This document shows positions 25,981 to 38,235 of a DNA stretch of 64,000 nt, piece by piece. The notes below the pieces were generated by a model. The model saw nothing but the letters and a program-made list of their open reading frames with translations. It was not told the origin of the DNA and made no database searches. The DNA comes from the human T2T-CHM13v2.0 reference genome, Homo sapiens: the NCBI RefSeq assembly GCF_009914755.1, contig NC_060926.1. The stretch is one strand, 5' to 3'. The position numbers and the translations under genes were made by a program. Position 1 is the first letter of the stretch, and each line of letters starts with the position of its first letter.

Positions 25981-26614
25981 TTTAAACATAGTCAAGGAGG
26001 AAGCTATGCAAGAAAACTGATGTGAAAATATGTTTTGGGCATTGCAGCTGCATATGATCAATAACCAAGTACAGATATTTATCTGCTTTTGAGGATCATT
26101 ATGCAAATCAAATTAACTAATGCATATTAAAGTGATTTATAAATTTAAAATTATGAATGTATTGCTGATTATTACCACAGTTAATGTTCTCTACATCAAC
26201 TTTTTCTTCTGTAGTATAAGGTTAATGACTCTTGGCTACATCTTGGATTGCTGTGAGTATTAAACACGATAATGTACCTGAAAGTTATTTGTAAGCTGTA
26301 AAGCATTGTACAAATGAAGGTTATGGCTATTGATTTGTACATTAATTGTTGGTCCTTGAGCATGAGTTAATTACTGCTTTAATGATGAAAATTTGAACTA
26401 AAATGTCTGTTAGAGAATGCTGGTGTAAAGTAAATAGAGGTTGAGACTATAATTTCAGATGAACAAAATGAAACTGAGAAACTAATTAGACTAATTGCAC
26501 ATTGCATTGTATTGATTTTGTAGTTTCTTTCTACTTTCCAGCTCAGAATGCAAAGAAGCTAAAAAGGTGTGGACATTGGAAAACATTCATGTAAATCCAG
26601 CTCATCAACTTGAT

Positions 26615-26758
26615 GGCTTTCTTGCTACTCAAAAATGTGATCCCTGGATCAGTAGCTTGGAAATCACCAACATGCTTGTTAAAAATACAGAATATCAGGT
26701 CCCATTCCAGACATACTACATCAGAATCTGTAGTTTAACAAGATTCAGAAATACAGCT
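26615..26758. mobile_element. MER5A-like hAT MITE
   Basis: cttgctactcaaaaatgtgatccctggatcagtagc...gcttgttaaaaatacagaatatcaggtcccattccagacatactacatcagaatctgtagtttaacaagat. Confidence 0.85.
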
Positions 26759-27029
26759 TTACAGGAAGTTAAAAAGAAGTGATTTTTATACCTCTAAAAG
26801 TATGAGTAATTATTAGATTTCTATAACACAACCAGGAAACTTTTCCTTCAATAGCATTTATGATATTTTTAATATCTTTAGTACTATAATTGCTATGTTC
26901 TGTAATAATGACTATTTAGAAAAACAAAAATACCAGTCATCTGTGCAGTTTTTTTCTTTATCATGTTTGTACCTTTTTTAAAGTTAATATATTTAAATTC
27001 CTGCTCATCTTCAATGTCTTCTTTAGATT

Positions 27030-28530
27030 TATGCATTTATTCATTTATTCAATGAACATTTTTTGAATAGAGATAATGTACCAAACACTATGCTAAATTC
27101 TGAATATATAAAGAAAAGTGGGAATAGTATGAGTTTTTAATCTCGTCTTGCCTATAGTTTAATAGTAAAAGATAGGAGCAACTAAATACACACGTAAAAA
27201 CTGAGAAAAAAACTCTGAGCATAGCAGACAGGGTGGTGGGCAGGTGTTCCACTCAGATGTAGTTGCCTGGGCTGGCCATCTTAGGTGGTGGCATCGCATC
27301 AACTTTGAAGAATGAGAAGAAGGCATTCATTTAAGAACTGAGCAGAGGCAAGATTGCTAAAGCTTTAAGGATGAGAAGAGTTTGGTATGGTCTAGAAGCT
27401 AACAGTAGGCTAGGGTCATGGAATGAATTGGGTGAGATGGATGGTAGTCAAACATGAGGTTGCAGGGCCTTGATTATGTAGAGTGTTGCAGGCAGAAGCT
27501 AAGTGTTTGCCATGCTAGGTACAATAAAAAGCCATTGATATGTTTTCAGCAGACAGAGGAGTGAAGGTGGACTGTTACATTTCAAACAGGCCAAATTTAC
27601 ATTTGAAAAGATTTATTTGGCTGCTCTATTGAGTATAAATTGGAGCGAGACATGTTAGAAGCCTGCAGGAAGAATACAGATAGCGTGGTTGAAGGTGAGA
27701 GATAGATTTTTAGGAATACTTGTTTGTGTTGGTGGCTGTGCCATCAGATCCACCCCTCACTGTTAACTTTTCTATTCTGCGTTTCAGGCTGCATTCCTTG
27801 ACTGTGGCTGGCTTCCACTGCCACAGTCACCGGCTGCAGATTGAAATAAGAGAGCACATCTCTGCAGGTGCAGCATTTCATTAATGGCTCCAACTCACTC
27901 CATACTGGCTTGCTCTGGTTCTAGCTTCCACTAGATGTTGCTAGCCTCTAAGCCCCCATAACACCATGTCCTTCACTGGCTCTGTTGCTAATTTTTGAGT
28001 TGTCCCATCAACTTCTGTTTAGCTGCTCAGCATTTTTTTAAATCACCTGGGTAATCAATTCCCTGCATAAGATTTCCTTGGATGTAAATATATAAGTGGT
28101 TTCTCCTTTCCTGTTTAGACCATGATAAATGCAGAGGGTAGAGGAAAAGAAACAAGAATGTTACCCAGGTTTCAACTTTGATCAAAGGGGTATAAAACTG
28201 GGGCAAGTATAGTTTTGAAAGAGGGAAGTCAGCAATTCGCTTTTGAAAATCCTTGTCTTCATACCTTTACATACAAACATCCAAGGGTTAATTACATATG
28301 CAAATCTAGAATTCATACTAGATTATGAGTTATCAATCTCTGAATTATCGGATATTGATGGTGCTTATAGTCATGGGAATGGATAGGTTATTCAGGGAAT
28401 GATGTAGAAAGACAAGAGAAAAAGGGATTTGGACTGAATCCTAAGGATTTTGAGGTTGGTTGGTAGAGGAAGAACCTGCAAAAAAGACTAAGAAAGAGGT
28501 GAGGCTTTCCTGGACTTAGGACAGTAAAAG
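27030..28530 (-). mobile_element. L2 LINE relic split by an LTR33
   Basis: The antisense L2 tail catttattcatttattcaatgaacatt...ccaaacactatgcta is followed by purine-rich L2 body (aagccattgatatgttttcagcag; ggctgctctattgagtataaattggag) that resumes after 28133. Confidence 0.8.
27720..28133 (+). mobile_element. LTR33-like (ERVL) solo LTR
   Basis: ggctgtgccatcagatcca... at the start, and ggtaatcaattccctgcataagatttcctt...agtggtttctcctttcctg..tagacc at the end. Confidence 0.8.
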
Positions 28531-28727
28531 AATTGGAATATACAAAAGATGTCCCCCAAGTATCTCTCACATCATATAAATTATGCTGCCAAGTGAAAAA
28601 GCAACATGTGATTGGCAACACAAAACCATTAAAACTAGTTATAGCCCCTGCAAACTAGGAGAAAGACAAACACAAGATGAATTGACTTTAATGTAAAATA
28701 ATTTGGCACTCTTGATTCTGATGCATA

Positions 28728-28920
28728 TTTATTTTAGATTCAGGGGGTACATGTGCAAGTTTGTTATGTGAGTATATTGCATGATGCTGAGGTTTGGGCT
28801 TCTAATGATCCTGTGACCCAAATAATGAACATAGTACTCACTAGGCAGTTTTCAACCCTCCCCCCACCCACTTCCTCCCCTCTTGGAGTTCCCAGTGTCT
28901 ATTGTTCCCATCTTTGTGTC
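28728..28920 (-). mobile_element. Short L1PA15/16-type 3' end
   Basis: tttattttagattcagggggtacatgtgcaagtttgttatgtgagtatattgcatgatgctgaggtttgggcttctaatgatcc. Confidence 0.9.
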
Positions 28921-29297
28921 TGCTGGTGCACATCTTGATTTATGTGCCCTGCGATGAAGGCAGGGCTATAGTCTGCAGTTGGTCAAGCCCTGTTGACAGA
29001 CCCAGCCTAGTCCAGGGAACAGTGGAGCTAACATCCAGTACATTCTCTTTTAGCCAAGCTTTGTACACTAGTTCAGTGTTATGTCTGCCAGAGGAAAGGA
29101 GACTTTCTATAAAGCCCCACTCAGAGAGGTTTTTTTTCTAACATATACAAAGGCATTTTTGCCTTAATAGTGGCTTTGGGATAAGGCAGGACCAAGAATG
29201 TTGGGCCACCAACCTCAATTTTAGCCTAACTACTTATGATGTCAACTCTTAGGCAAAGTCCAGGCCATGCTGCTGAGGAGAAGAAATTTTTGAGAGG

Positions 29298-29603
<306 letters not shown>

Positions 29604-29605
29604 TG

Positions 29606-29783
29606 AGAAGTTTTTCTTAAAGTATGGTTCTTAGACTATCTGTATCAGAATCACTCATGAAGACAAATTCCAGGACCTCCTTATTAAAACTCAAGAAATC
29701 AAATCTGTAGAGTAGGATCAGGACTTCAATATTTACAGGTGTATTAGGATGTTCCTATGCACATTAAAAACAGAAAACCATTG
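29606..29783. mobile_element. MER5-like hAT MITE
   Basis: ttcttaaagtatggttcttagactatctgtatcagaatcac...ttcctatgcacattaaaaacagaaaaccattg. Confidence 0.7.
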
Positions 29784-29835
29784 CTCTAGGAACCATGCAC
29801 ATAGGAACATCCTAATATGCCTGTAAATATTGAAG
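29724..29835. repeat. 41-bp inverted repeat with a 30-nt spacer
   Basis: 29724-29764 is the reverse complement of 29795-29835 at 37/41 positions. Confidence 0.95.
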
Positions 29836-30004
29836 CCTATGGTCCAGGAGGACAAATGATACAGACTCAATTTGGGAAACATCTGCCTGACCCTGGTTTT
29901 AAAACCTGGTGGTCTCCCTTATGAACACTTATGAAGGAAGACACAGATAGCATTCATTTAGTAACCAACATTTAAGCATATTTTATTCATGCCCAAATGA
30001 TTTC

Positions 30005-30335
30005 ACTCTCAATTCTTGCCTCCTGGACACTCCTAACCCCACCATCCTACACTTCTTAAGATTTAAGAAGGGTTTCCCTTAGAGCAGCCATGACTGATCA
30101 GCCATGTCCCTACTACTCTTCTTCATTCCTGCCACAGCACCCTGCTCATGTCTCCCAGAGCCCCAATTCCAGTCCATCTTTATAAATTATTTGCTCACTT
30201 TTTAAAAAAATCTATCCCATTGGAATGTACACAATACTAGAACATAAACCTTGCCACCCTAGTCAAATACTACATAGATCAATGCCTGGTTTAGAGTAGG
30301 TAATCAATATATATTTTTTGGCTTTATGAATAAAC
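30005..30335 (+). mobile_element. L2 3' relic
   Basis: Ends aatgcctggtttagagtaggtaatcaatatatattttttggctttatgaataaa. Confidence 0.6.
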
Positions 30336-31729
30336 ACAGAGAAATAGATCTCTATGGAACAAATTTAGGATTGGGAGCTTTACCTGTTCTTTTACAACTT
30401 TGTTTTTGAAATGATGATTCTTAATTAGAGACATATTTTAAGTTAATTTGCTTGGGTTTTAGGGAAAGTCTTGGGCATCCTTCAGAAATCACTCTTAGAG
30501 CAGTCGTCTTAGGCATCTTTGGAAAGTGCTTCCAGTTAAAGAATTTGGAATCTAGAGCCACAGAAATCACTAGGATGAATGCCTTTTCCAGTATTTTAAT
30601 TGCTAATTTGTAATGAGGACCCATGAAAGCAACCCTGATGTTTGCTCAGTTTCTCTGTGCTCCTCGGTGTGCAGATTCTTCCTGCCTTCCTAAAAATGAT
30701 GCATGTCTGGAGGGAGGTAAAACAGCCATTAATCCTGGAAGATATTTGTCCTCCTTCCTTTTGACATTTTATTGCCCTTTAACTCATTTGTGAAAGATAT
30801 CAAAGCAGAGTCAGACTAGGGAATAAAAGACTGTTTCATTAAAATGGCCGATCTGCATAGATCTTTGTTCTTCCCTGTAGGGAAGATCAGTACATGAGGA
30901 AAGAATTTATGAAGAAAGAAAATTAGGTAAATTTGAACCAACAGAAAAAGTATCAGACCAACAATACTTATATTCTATTTAGGAAGATCAAATTATTTTC
31001 CAGCCCAAATTATAAAATTATTCCTGGTCAAAAGTATTAACAAGGCTGCAAAAGAAATGTGTCCGTCAGAGGTATAGTGCGTTACTTGGAACTTGGCAAA
31101 AACAAACGTATATGTTTTCATTTTCCATCTGATTGCTTTCTGGGGGAAAATGCATCATTTATGGGGGCTGAAATCTTAGCTAGGGCATTTTTACCCCATT
31201 TTTTAATTGCCACTCCACAGGACACAGAAAATAATAGATGCTCTTTTTCTCTATCAGTTTTTAAACGTTTTCTTTTTGCAATGTTCCTTTCTGATACGGT
31301 ACTTGCTGGTTCAACATGTAAAAGAACTGTGCTTGTGAAGCGTGTAGCAGGGGTTGTGATATGAGGCAATTTTAAACGTAAGGTCTTTGTGATTATGATT
31401 TGCTATCTATTGAGTATTTTCATTTAATATCTTTTGTTAGGATATATTTGTATAGATCTTTAATTGCATTTCTTTTGGTAGCAGTAACTGTAATTAGGTA
31501 AAATATACAAATACAGAAATATATGAAAAAGGAAAAAGTAATCACTTGCAATAACTTAAATCAGGGATAGACATTGTTGGCATTTTAGTATACTTCCCTA
31601 TATTATATGTGTATTTTATTCTCTGTGTAAGATATATGTAGTATGTATATACATATGTAGGTATGTATATATTCATTTCTATATTAGGCCCATGTCTAAG
31701 CTTCTTCTAGCATATGAGTGTAAAATGAG

Positions 31730-31860
31730 ATCATTTTAACATATTCAATAAATAATCATCAAGGTCTACTATCTTCAAAGCACTGTCTCCCTCATTAAGA
31801 ACCTAACAGTGAACAACAGCTAAAACCTCTGCCCTCATGGAGTCTATTTGGAAGTAAGAC
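31730..31860 (-). mobile_element. L2 3' relic
   Basis: atattcaataaataatcatcaaggtctactatcttcaaagcactgt...acagtgaacaac...ctctgccctcatggag. Confidence 0.65.
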
Positions 31861-32330
31861 ATTAACTTTCAATGTCAGGAATTATAGTGGTTTAGATCCT
31901 AGTTTTAGTCTCTCTTCAAATGCCCCACAACTTTTCCTTAGGATCGCCCAAGTTTGTCTTACGCTCACTATTGTTTTTTGGCTCCAGCCTCCTCCTCATC
32001 CCACTGCACTCCTTCAAGTGTGGCTGATGTCCTCTGGAGATTGGACACAGCCATCACTGGGGCCCACCATGGCTTTTCAGAGCCAGACTCAGTATGTGGC
32101 TGCCTGGGGTAGTCCCAGGATTGGACACTGTAGGCAACCTAGCCATGTGATGCCAGCCATCACATGAAATATTTATTTCTAAATATTTTCCATTATGTAG
32201 AGAAGAAGCTGGCCATTCCTGGGGAAGGTGATTATCTGTACATATTGTTCCAAGTGATTCAGCTCTAGCCCCAGATTTACATACCCTCCTCTGCACTGCA
32301 AAGTCCTGAAAGTTAACTGGTGCCTCATCT

Positions 32331-32641
32331 TTATTTTTTTTTTAGTTTTTAATTATTGTGGATACATAATAGTTATGCATACTGACAGAGTACATGTGAC
32401 ATTTTACTACCAACATACAATGTGTAATGATTAAGCCACGGTAATTTGGGTATCCAAGACCTCAAGCATTTATCATTTCTTTCTGTTAGGAACATTCCAA
32501 TTTCACTTCCTTTAGTTGATTTGAAAATATTTAAAATATATACAATAAATCATTGTTAACTATAGTTGCTCTGTTGTGTTACCAAATAGTAGATTTTTTT
32601 TTTCCCTGCTATGTAAGTGTACTTTTGTAACTGTTAACCAT
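32331..32641 (-). mobile_element. L1MA-type 3' end fragment
   Basis: tttaattattgtggatacataatag...gtacatgtgacatttt...catacaatgtgtaatgat...cctcaagcatttatcatttctttctgttaggaacattccaa. Confidence 0.9.
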
Positions 32642-32971
32642 GCACTTTAAGGTAGTTTAGCATTCCACTGTTACACAAGAGTGTTTGTTGGGGATTTTAA
32701 ACTCAACACTAGTGGCTTGTCAAAATATTTCTTTCAAGCACTTACAGGACATTACTTGAAAAGAGTTCTGATTAATTATATTTGCATTATCTCACTACAT
32801 TTTATGTGATATTTTAGCTACCCTGTAAAATTGGAACCCTAAACAGCTGCTTAAAGGGCCCATCCTTTAATCTGGCTCTTCTGCTACCATCACTAACCTT
32901 GGGAAAGCGGAGAGAATTTATTGTCTCTCCCACCCAAGGGCGGCAGACCCTTTCCTTAATTTCTATGGCAC

Positions 32972-33411
32972 TGTAGTGACTTGACACTTACAACAAAACT
33001 CAACTGAGGTTCAGGAGTGCATTCTAGGAAGTAAAACACAGAGAATAATTTATAAAGTTCTGCTAGGTTTGGCTACTCTGGGGGCCTACCTGTGATAAAG
33101 GAAACCAGGGTCAGGTGTTTCTCTGCCCAGCTCCTATTTTGTCACTCTGTGCCAAAGTACAATTCTCCTCCTTTCAACAAGACTGTTCCCATGTCTTTCC
33201 AAACCCCCCAAAATCTCTCAAAAAGCAAAGGGAATTCCTTTCTAATGGCCTTGGGTTTACCTTCACAATTCTAATTTCCTATGCCAGGATTTGCCATACA
33301 TATCTAGTCTATAGCTGTAGGCTAAGACAACATATGTAGGGTAACTGAGGACCTCCTTTAAGGGGAACTTTTCCTGTACACGTTGTGGGGTCCCAATTCT
33401 CTCACCATACA
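32972..33411. mobile_element. Probable ancient solo LTR, family unassigned
   Basis: A ~440-bp GC-richer block bounded by tgta...taca; no recognisable TSD. Confidence 0.35.
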
Positions 33412-33618
33412 AAACAATCAAAATGTTCCATCTAACAACAGTATAGAGTTATCAAACCTCAGACAAACCTATAAATGTAGAGCCTCCATCTTCCAGTGAC
33501 ATTCCTTTAGTCAATCTGATCCCCTGTATGAGATGATCATTCCTCCATCTCCTTATGCCTTTCATCTAGTTTTCAAAGTCTCAATCCCAGATTTTCTGTG
33601 AGCAACTGCTCAATGATC

Positions 33619-33672
33619 TGTGTGTGTATGCATGCACATACATGAGTACACACACATGCATGCACACACACA
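33619..33672. repeat. Imperfect (TG)n...(CA)n alternating purine-pyrimidine tract
   Basis: tgtgtgtgtatgcatgcacatacatgagtacacacacatgcatgcacacacaca. Confidence 0.85.
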
Positions 33673-35947
33673 TTTATCTCCAGGAGAACAAACAGAACTT
33701 CCAGGCATAGAATATTTTAAATGCTTAAGCAGCAAAGAACACTTTTGCCAAAGAAGCAAAAAAGCATTTAGAGACAAAACTACTAAGAAGTGTACATAGT
33801 TTACATTATATTCTCAGCCTAAATATTACCATTCAGCAGTCAGGAAAATATTGGCTTCATATATTTCTTCGAGATAATGACTAGGGACTTGTTATATATT
33901 TATGAAACTGAGCTCATTCAAGCAAATTTCCTAGGGTAAAAAAGGACATCAAATTTTAAAAAAATTAAGTTTTTTTTACGTATACTGCATTTTTAAATAA
34001 AATTAACATTTTATCTTTTATTGAGTTTTGAATAATGAAATTTTACTTAATTTTATGCATGTTTTCTTATGTCATTAACTATTTTTAAGAACCTTGTTTT
34101 AGCAGCTGCATCCATAACATGAATGTGTAATAACATCACATTTCTTTTGTTTGGAGAAAAATTCGTTTTCATTTTTTAAATTCTAAACAACATTGGAATA
34201 GTATCCATAAAAGGCTTTGCCTGCTTTATCGATTTTCTCCCTTAAGGTATGTTCTTATGGGTGGAATTGCTGTGTCATAAGATGTTATGGTTGAGCCTCA
34301 GGAAATGGGGTCTCATTCCACTGGCCCTGCTGCATAATAATGTGTCATTTTCTGTGGAACTGATGGGGCTAATAACTTATGATCATGGCTAGTAAAGAAG
34401 TTTTTGTCAAGGCTACCATGCTTTTGCCATAGTTGTGCTGAAAGAAATTCAATATTATCTTAAATTTTCTTGCTAAAAGTCCCTCTCTAAGCAAGAGATA
34501 TTTAAACAATTGGTATTTACTAATTACATATTACCTTAAGTATATACATTTATCCAATGCAATCACATTGAAAATTCTCAGTTTATGGCATAATGAAAAG
34601 GGACTCTAAACATCAAACTCTCGGAATGGTAACATATATTTGTTTGGGTCATCTCAGGAAGTATAAGCAGATTCTGCCAAAGGTCTGTATCCGTAAATAA
34701 CGGATAATCATTAAAAGGAGTAAGCCTCTAGGAACCACCTTCGTTTGACTATGAAAGGGTTGTTAGCATCAGATGAAATGAGGTATGTGCCCTGTGAGAA
34801 GAGTGTCCAGCCCCACTAGTGCTGGCAGCTGTAATGTATTTCCAATGCAGTCCCTTTCCATGCTGATTACAGTGTGTTGATTACTCACATCTGGGACTTG
34901 TAGTTGATTAAATTCACAGCAGTTTGCTCTCTTCCAATTTCCAATCTTGCTTTTTCTTCAGTCTTCTCTTTGTTGTAATCAAATTTCATTTCAGTCTGTA
35001 GTCAAATTGATGGCTTCTCTAAAGTTGTATTAAAATTTTGATTTCTTTGCATTCTTTTCCAAGGTTCTGCTATGTTTGCCCCTTCTAAATTGTTCAAACC
35101 TTTGATGGAGTAAATAAACATTCATGAATTCACATAATTCTATAGTTACTCTCTGTCACCAGTCAGTGTTATTGTTTGAACAGGTATGATTTTCATGTCA
35201 TTGCTGAATGCTTACCCCTTCATTAGATTAGCTGAAGTCATCAAAGGAAAACTCTAAACCTTTGGGAAACACACTTAAAGTGTGGTCTGTCTCTCTCTCA
35301 CTCGCTCGCTCTGTGTTTGTATATATTACAGGACCATACACATGGTAAACACTAAGTATATAGGAATTCCTTCTCTATTTCAACATTTTACACTTAATTT
35401 AGTAATGTAAATTTCACATTTTACTTAGATATAGAAATTAAAGGCTCTGTAACTGCATTGTCTCTGAAATGGTTAAGTGTAAATTTTTATGCTACAAAAC
35501 TCCATATTTAAACACAAAGAATATAGGTCAAATTTCATATTAATTAACACATTTTCTGTGCTTGCCTTTGGGTAAGTGCTTAGAGGCACACAATTGAAAA
35601 TATACCTTGCCTTTCATCTTCCTGATGGAAGATAACAATTAAGAATTCTTACCATTTTGCCAAACCGTGGTACTGAACACAGTCTTTTGGGGTATGAAAG
35701 GACACCATCTTCACTGCATAACAAATGTCAATGCAGTTTCACCTTCACAATATAAACATCACAACATTTCTTAGGGTTAAACATGTGTAGTTTATGCTGT
35801 TATGTTAGTGTTTAGTAGCTGGTGTTTTAGATAATTTTAATGTATTTTTGAGATTCACTTAATATTCAGTTTCATAGTATAGATTTTAAGTGAGCACTGT
35901 AGATCTTGAGAGGAATAAGAAGTTAGCACAAGCAACTTGTCAACTAT

Positions 35948-36050
35948 CTTTCATTTAACTATTCATCCAAAAACTATTGAGCACCACTACTTGCCAGTCA
36001 TTATTACAAGTGTTTGGGCCCCATCAGTAAAAACAGATAAAAATTCCTTT
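35948..36050 (-). mobile_element. L2 tail relic
   Basis: ttcatttaactattcatccaaaaactattgagcaccactacttgccagtca...cagtaaaaacagataaaaattcc. Confidence 0.7.
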
Positions 36051-37331
36051 TGTTATGCAACTATAATACACAAATCAAATTTTACTAAATGCAATTCATT
36101 AAATAAATGGTTTACCTATTACTCTCTATTTGTACACATGCTAGGTCCTGTAATAATGGTTATAAAGTATATAAGTTATAGGGAAAGCACTATTTTGGGA
36201 TAAAAGAGCATTGCATTTCACATAATCCACCAAAATCTGCAAAACTATTGTTCTCGCTATAATGTTATGCAATATTAAGAAATAACTATCTTGTGAGTAC
36301 AAGTCATTTGACTTGTTCAAGAATATACAAAATGTCAGTTATTTGGTCAGAAATAGAATCCAGTATTTTTCAGAGTCAACAAAATCACTTTTGTTGAGAG
36401 GGAGTTGTCAGGTGCTTTTAATGATGTACTATTGTTTATTCTGCTACTAAGCTGAAGACAATTACCATTAACCTGACAGGTGTTAGCCTGCTTTATTCTT
36501 GTTTAGATTTGTGATCTTCCTGGGCAAAGGAAATAATGCAAAATGTTCAAGCACACACATATCCAGAATATGACTAATTAAAATAAAAGATATGATAAAG
36601 TTTATGGAGTAGAATGCTATTTTTTAATTTTAGGAATAGTAATTTCTCAATGTGGGAAAGAATTTATGCTATGATAATATGTGCTGTTATTAATAAAAAC
36701 AAAAGCAAAAAACCTCCACAAAAACAAAAAAAAACCCATTGAATTATTGACTAAATTCGAACCTATCTGGGAAATAGAAGTTGGGCAAAATTTAAGAAAA
36801 GGATACCACTGTAGGAAAACATTGTATTTGTTTATGAAAACTTGTTATTTAAATAAGAACTATTTTAGTTAAAATAATTGGTTGGTTTTAAATGGTTTAT
36901 AGAAAATCAGAATCTAGAAACTTTCCGATTTTGTGTCACCAATATTCTTTGATAAGCTGACTTTAACAGTAATGAGATATCTCATTAGATTGCATATTAT
37001 TATAATGTTTTGAGAAATAATTTATTATGATTCCTTTGAAAAAGAATACATCTTTTTCTTTTTTATTCAAAAAATGGTATATGAAAACACAAATGCATGC
37101 ATACACACATGCATACCTTTTATATTTCCTAATTCAACACAAATAATTTTCTAAAAGTAAAATTAAGAATACCATAATTTTCATTAAAGCAAGCATAAAC
37201 TGGACTTATAATTCGTGAAGATACTTCAAAATTTTGTGGAAATGATTTGGGTATAAAACGTTAAGTAAAGAATAAGCAAAACATCTTGTTGCTTTTTCAT
37301 TTATCACAAAATGCAGAAAAGCAGAAATCCT

Positions 37332-37629
37332 GGCCAGGCATTGTGGCTTACACCTGTAATCCTGGCACTTTGGGAGGTCGAAGTAGGTGGATTGCTTGAG
37401 CCCAGGAGTTCATGACCAGCCTGGGCAATATAGTGAAGCCCCATCTCTACAAAAAGTACAAAAATTAGCCCAGCATGGTGGCACGTGGCTGTAATCCCAC
37501 CTACTCAGGAGGCTGAGGTGGGAGGATCACTTGGGTTAGAAAGGTCGAGGCTGCAGTGAGCCAAGATGGTGCCACTGCACTTCAGCCTGGGCGATGGAAT
37601 GAGACTTTCTCTCAAGAAAAAAAAAAAAA
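37332..37629 (+). mobile_element. AluJ SINE
   Basis: AluJ diagnostics ggattgcttgagcccaggagttc, gggaggatcacttg and gaggctgcagtgagc; TSD gcagaaatcct / gcagagatcct. Confidence 0.96.
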
Positions 37630-38119
37630 GGCAGAGATCCTGTTTTTTTCTTCATTTACATAAAGCCTTTACTTAAACAGCTAAATAACTTTGACTATGT
37701 CAACGTTTTGATTTGCAGTGACCAGTATCGTATTTTGCATCACATAACCTTCCTCTTAGTCTATACAGCCAGATCCTTCTCTTGGTAAATAAAAGCTCTT
37801 TCCCAACTTTTCACATCACATCTCCATATATACTTTAACGTCTTTGAACCTGCTCTTGGGTGTGGATTGCCTTTATTATTTTTGCTCACTTGGTACTTCC
37901 TGTTCTCTTTAAAAAGTCTTTTAGATTCCAGTTCTTTAAATATCTGGAGTATTCTGTCATCATTTTACTTCCAACCCAGTCCAAACCCAAAGATCATTAT
38001 GTCAACTATGTTCATGTCAACAATCTCTACTCTTGTCCACATCTTTGATGAATCTGATCTGCTTCTAAACTCACTCACATGGCTATAGCAGACTTCAGAA
38101 GATGCTTTTAAACTTACTC

Positions 38120-38235
38120 ACCTAGCCAGGCCTCTCAACTGGGCTACCTTGTGATACAGTAACTAGCTTCCCCCAAAATGAGCAATCCAAAAATGAGTGA
38201 GAGAGCACTTCCAAGACAGAGGTCAGTCTCTCTCT
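38120..38235 (-). mobile_element. MLT1F/H-like MaLR LTR, left half (split by an L1)
   Basis: actagcttcccccaaaatgagcaatccaaaa..gagagagcacttccaagacagaggtcagtct; continues at 40023. Confidence 0.65.

Noticed and set aside
33619-33672. Self-complementary TG/CA tract as a functional hairpin or Z-DNA element
   Set aside because: A common degenerate microsatellite pattern with nothing beyond composition to support function.
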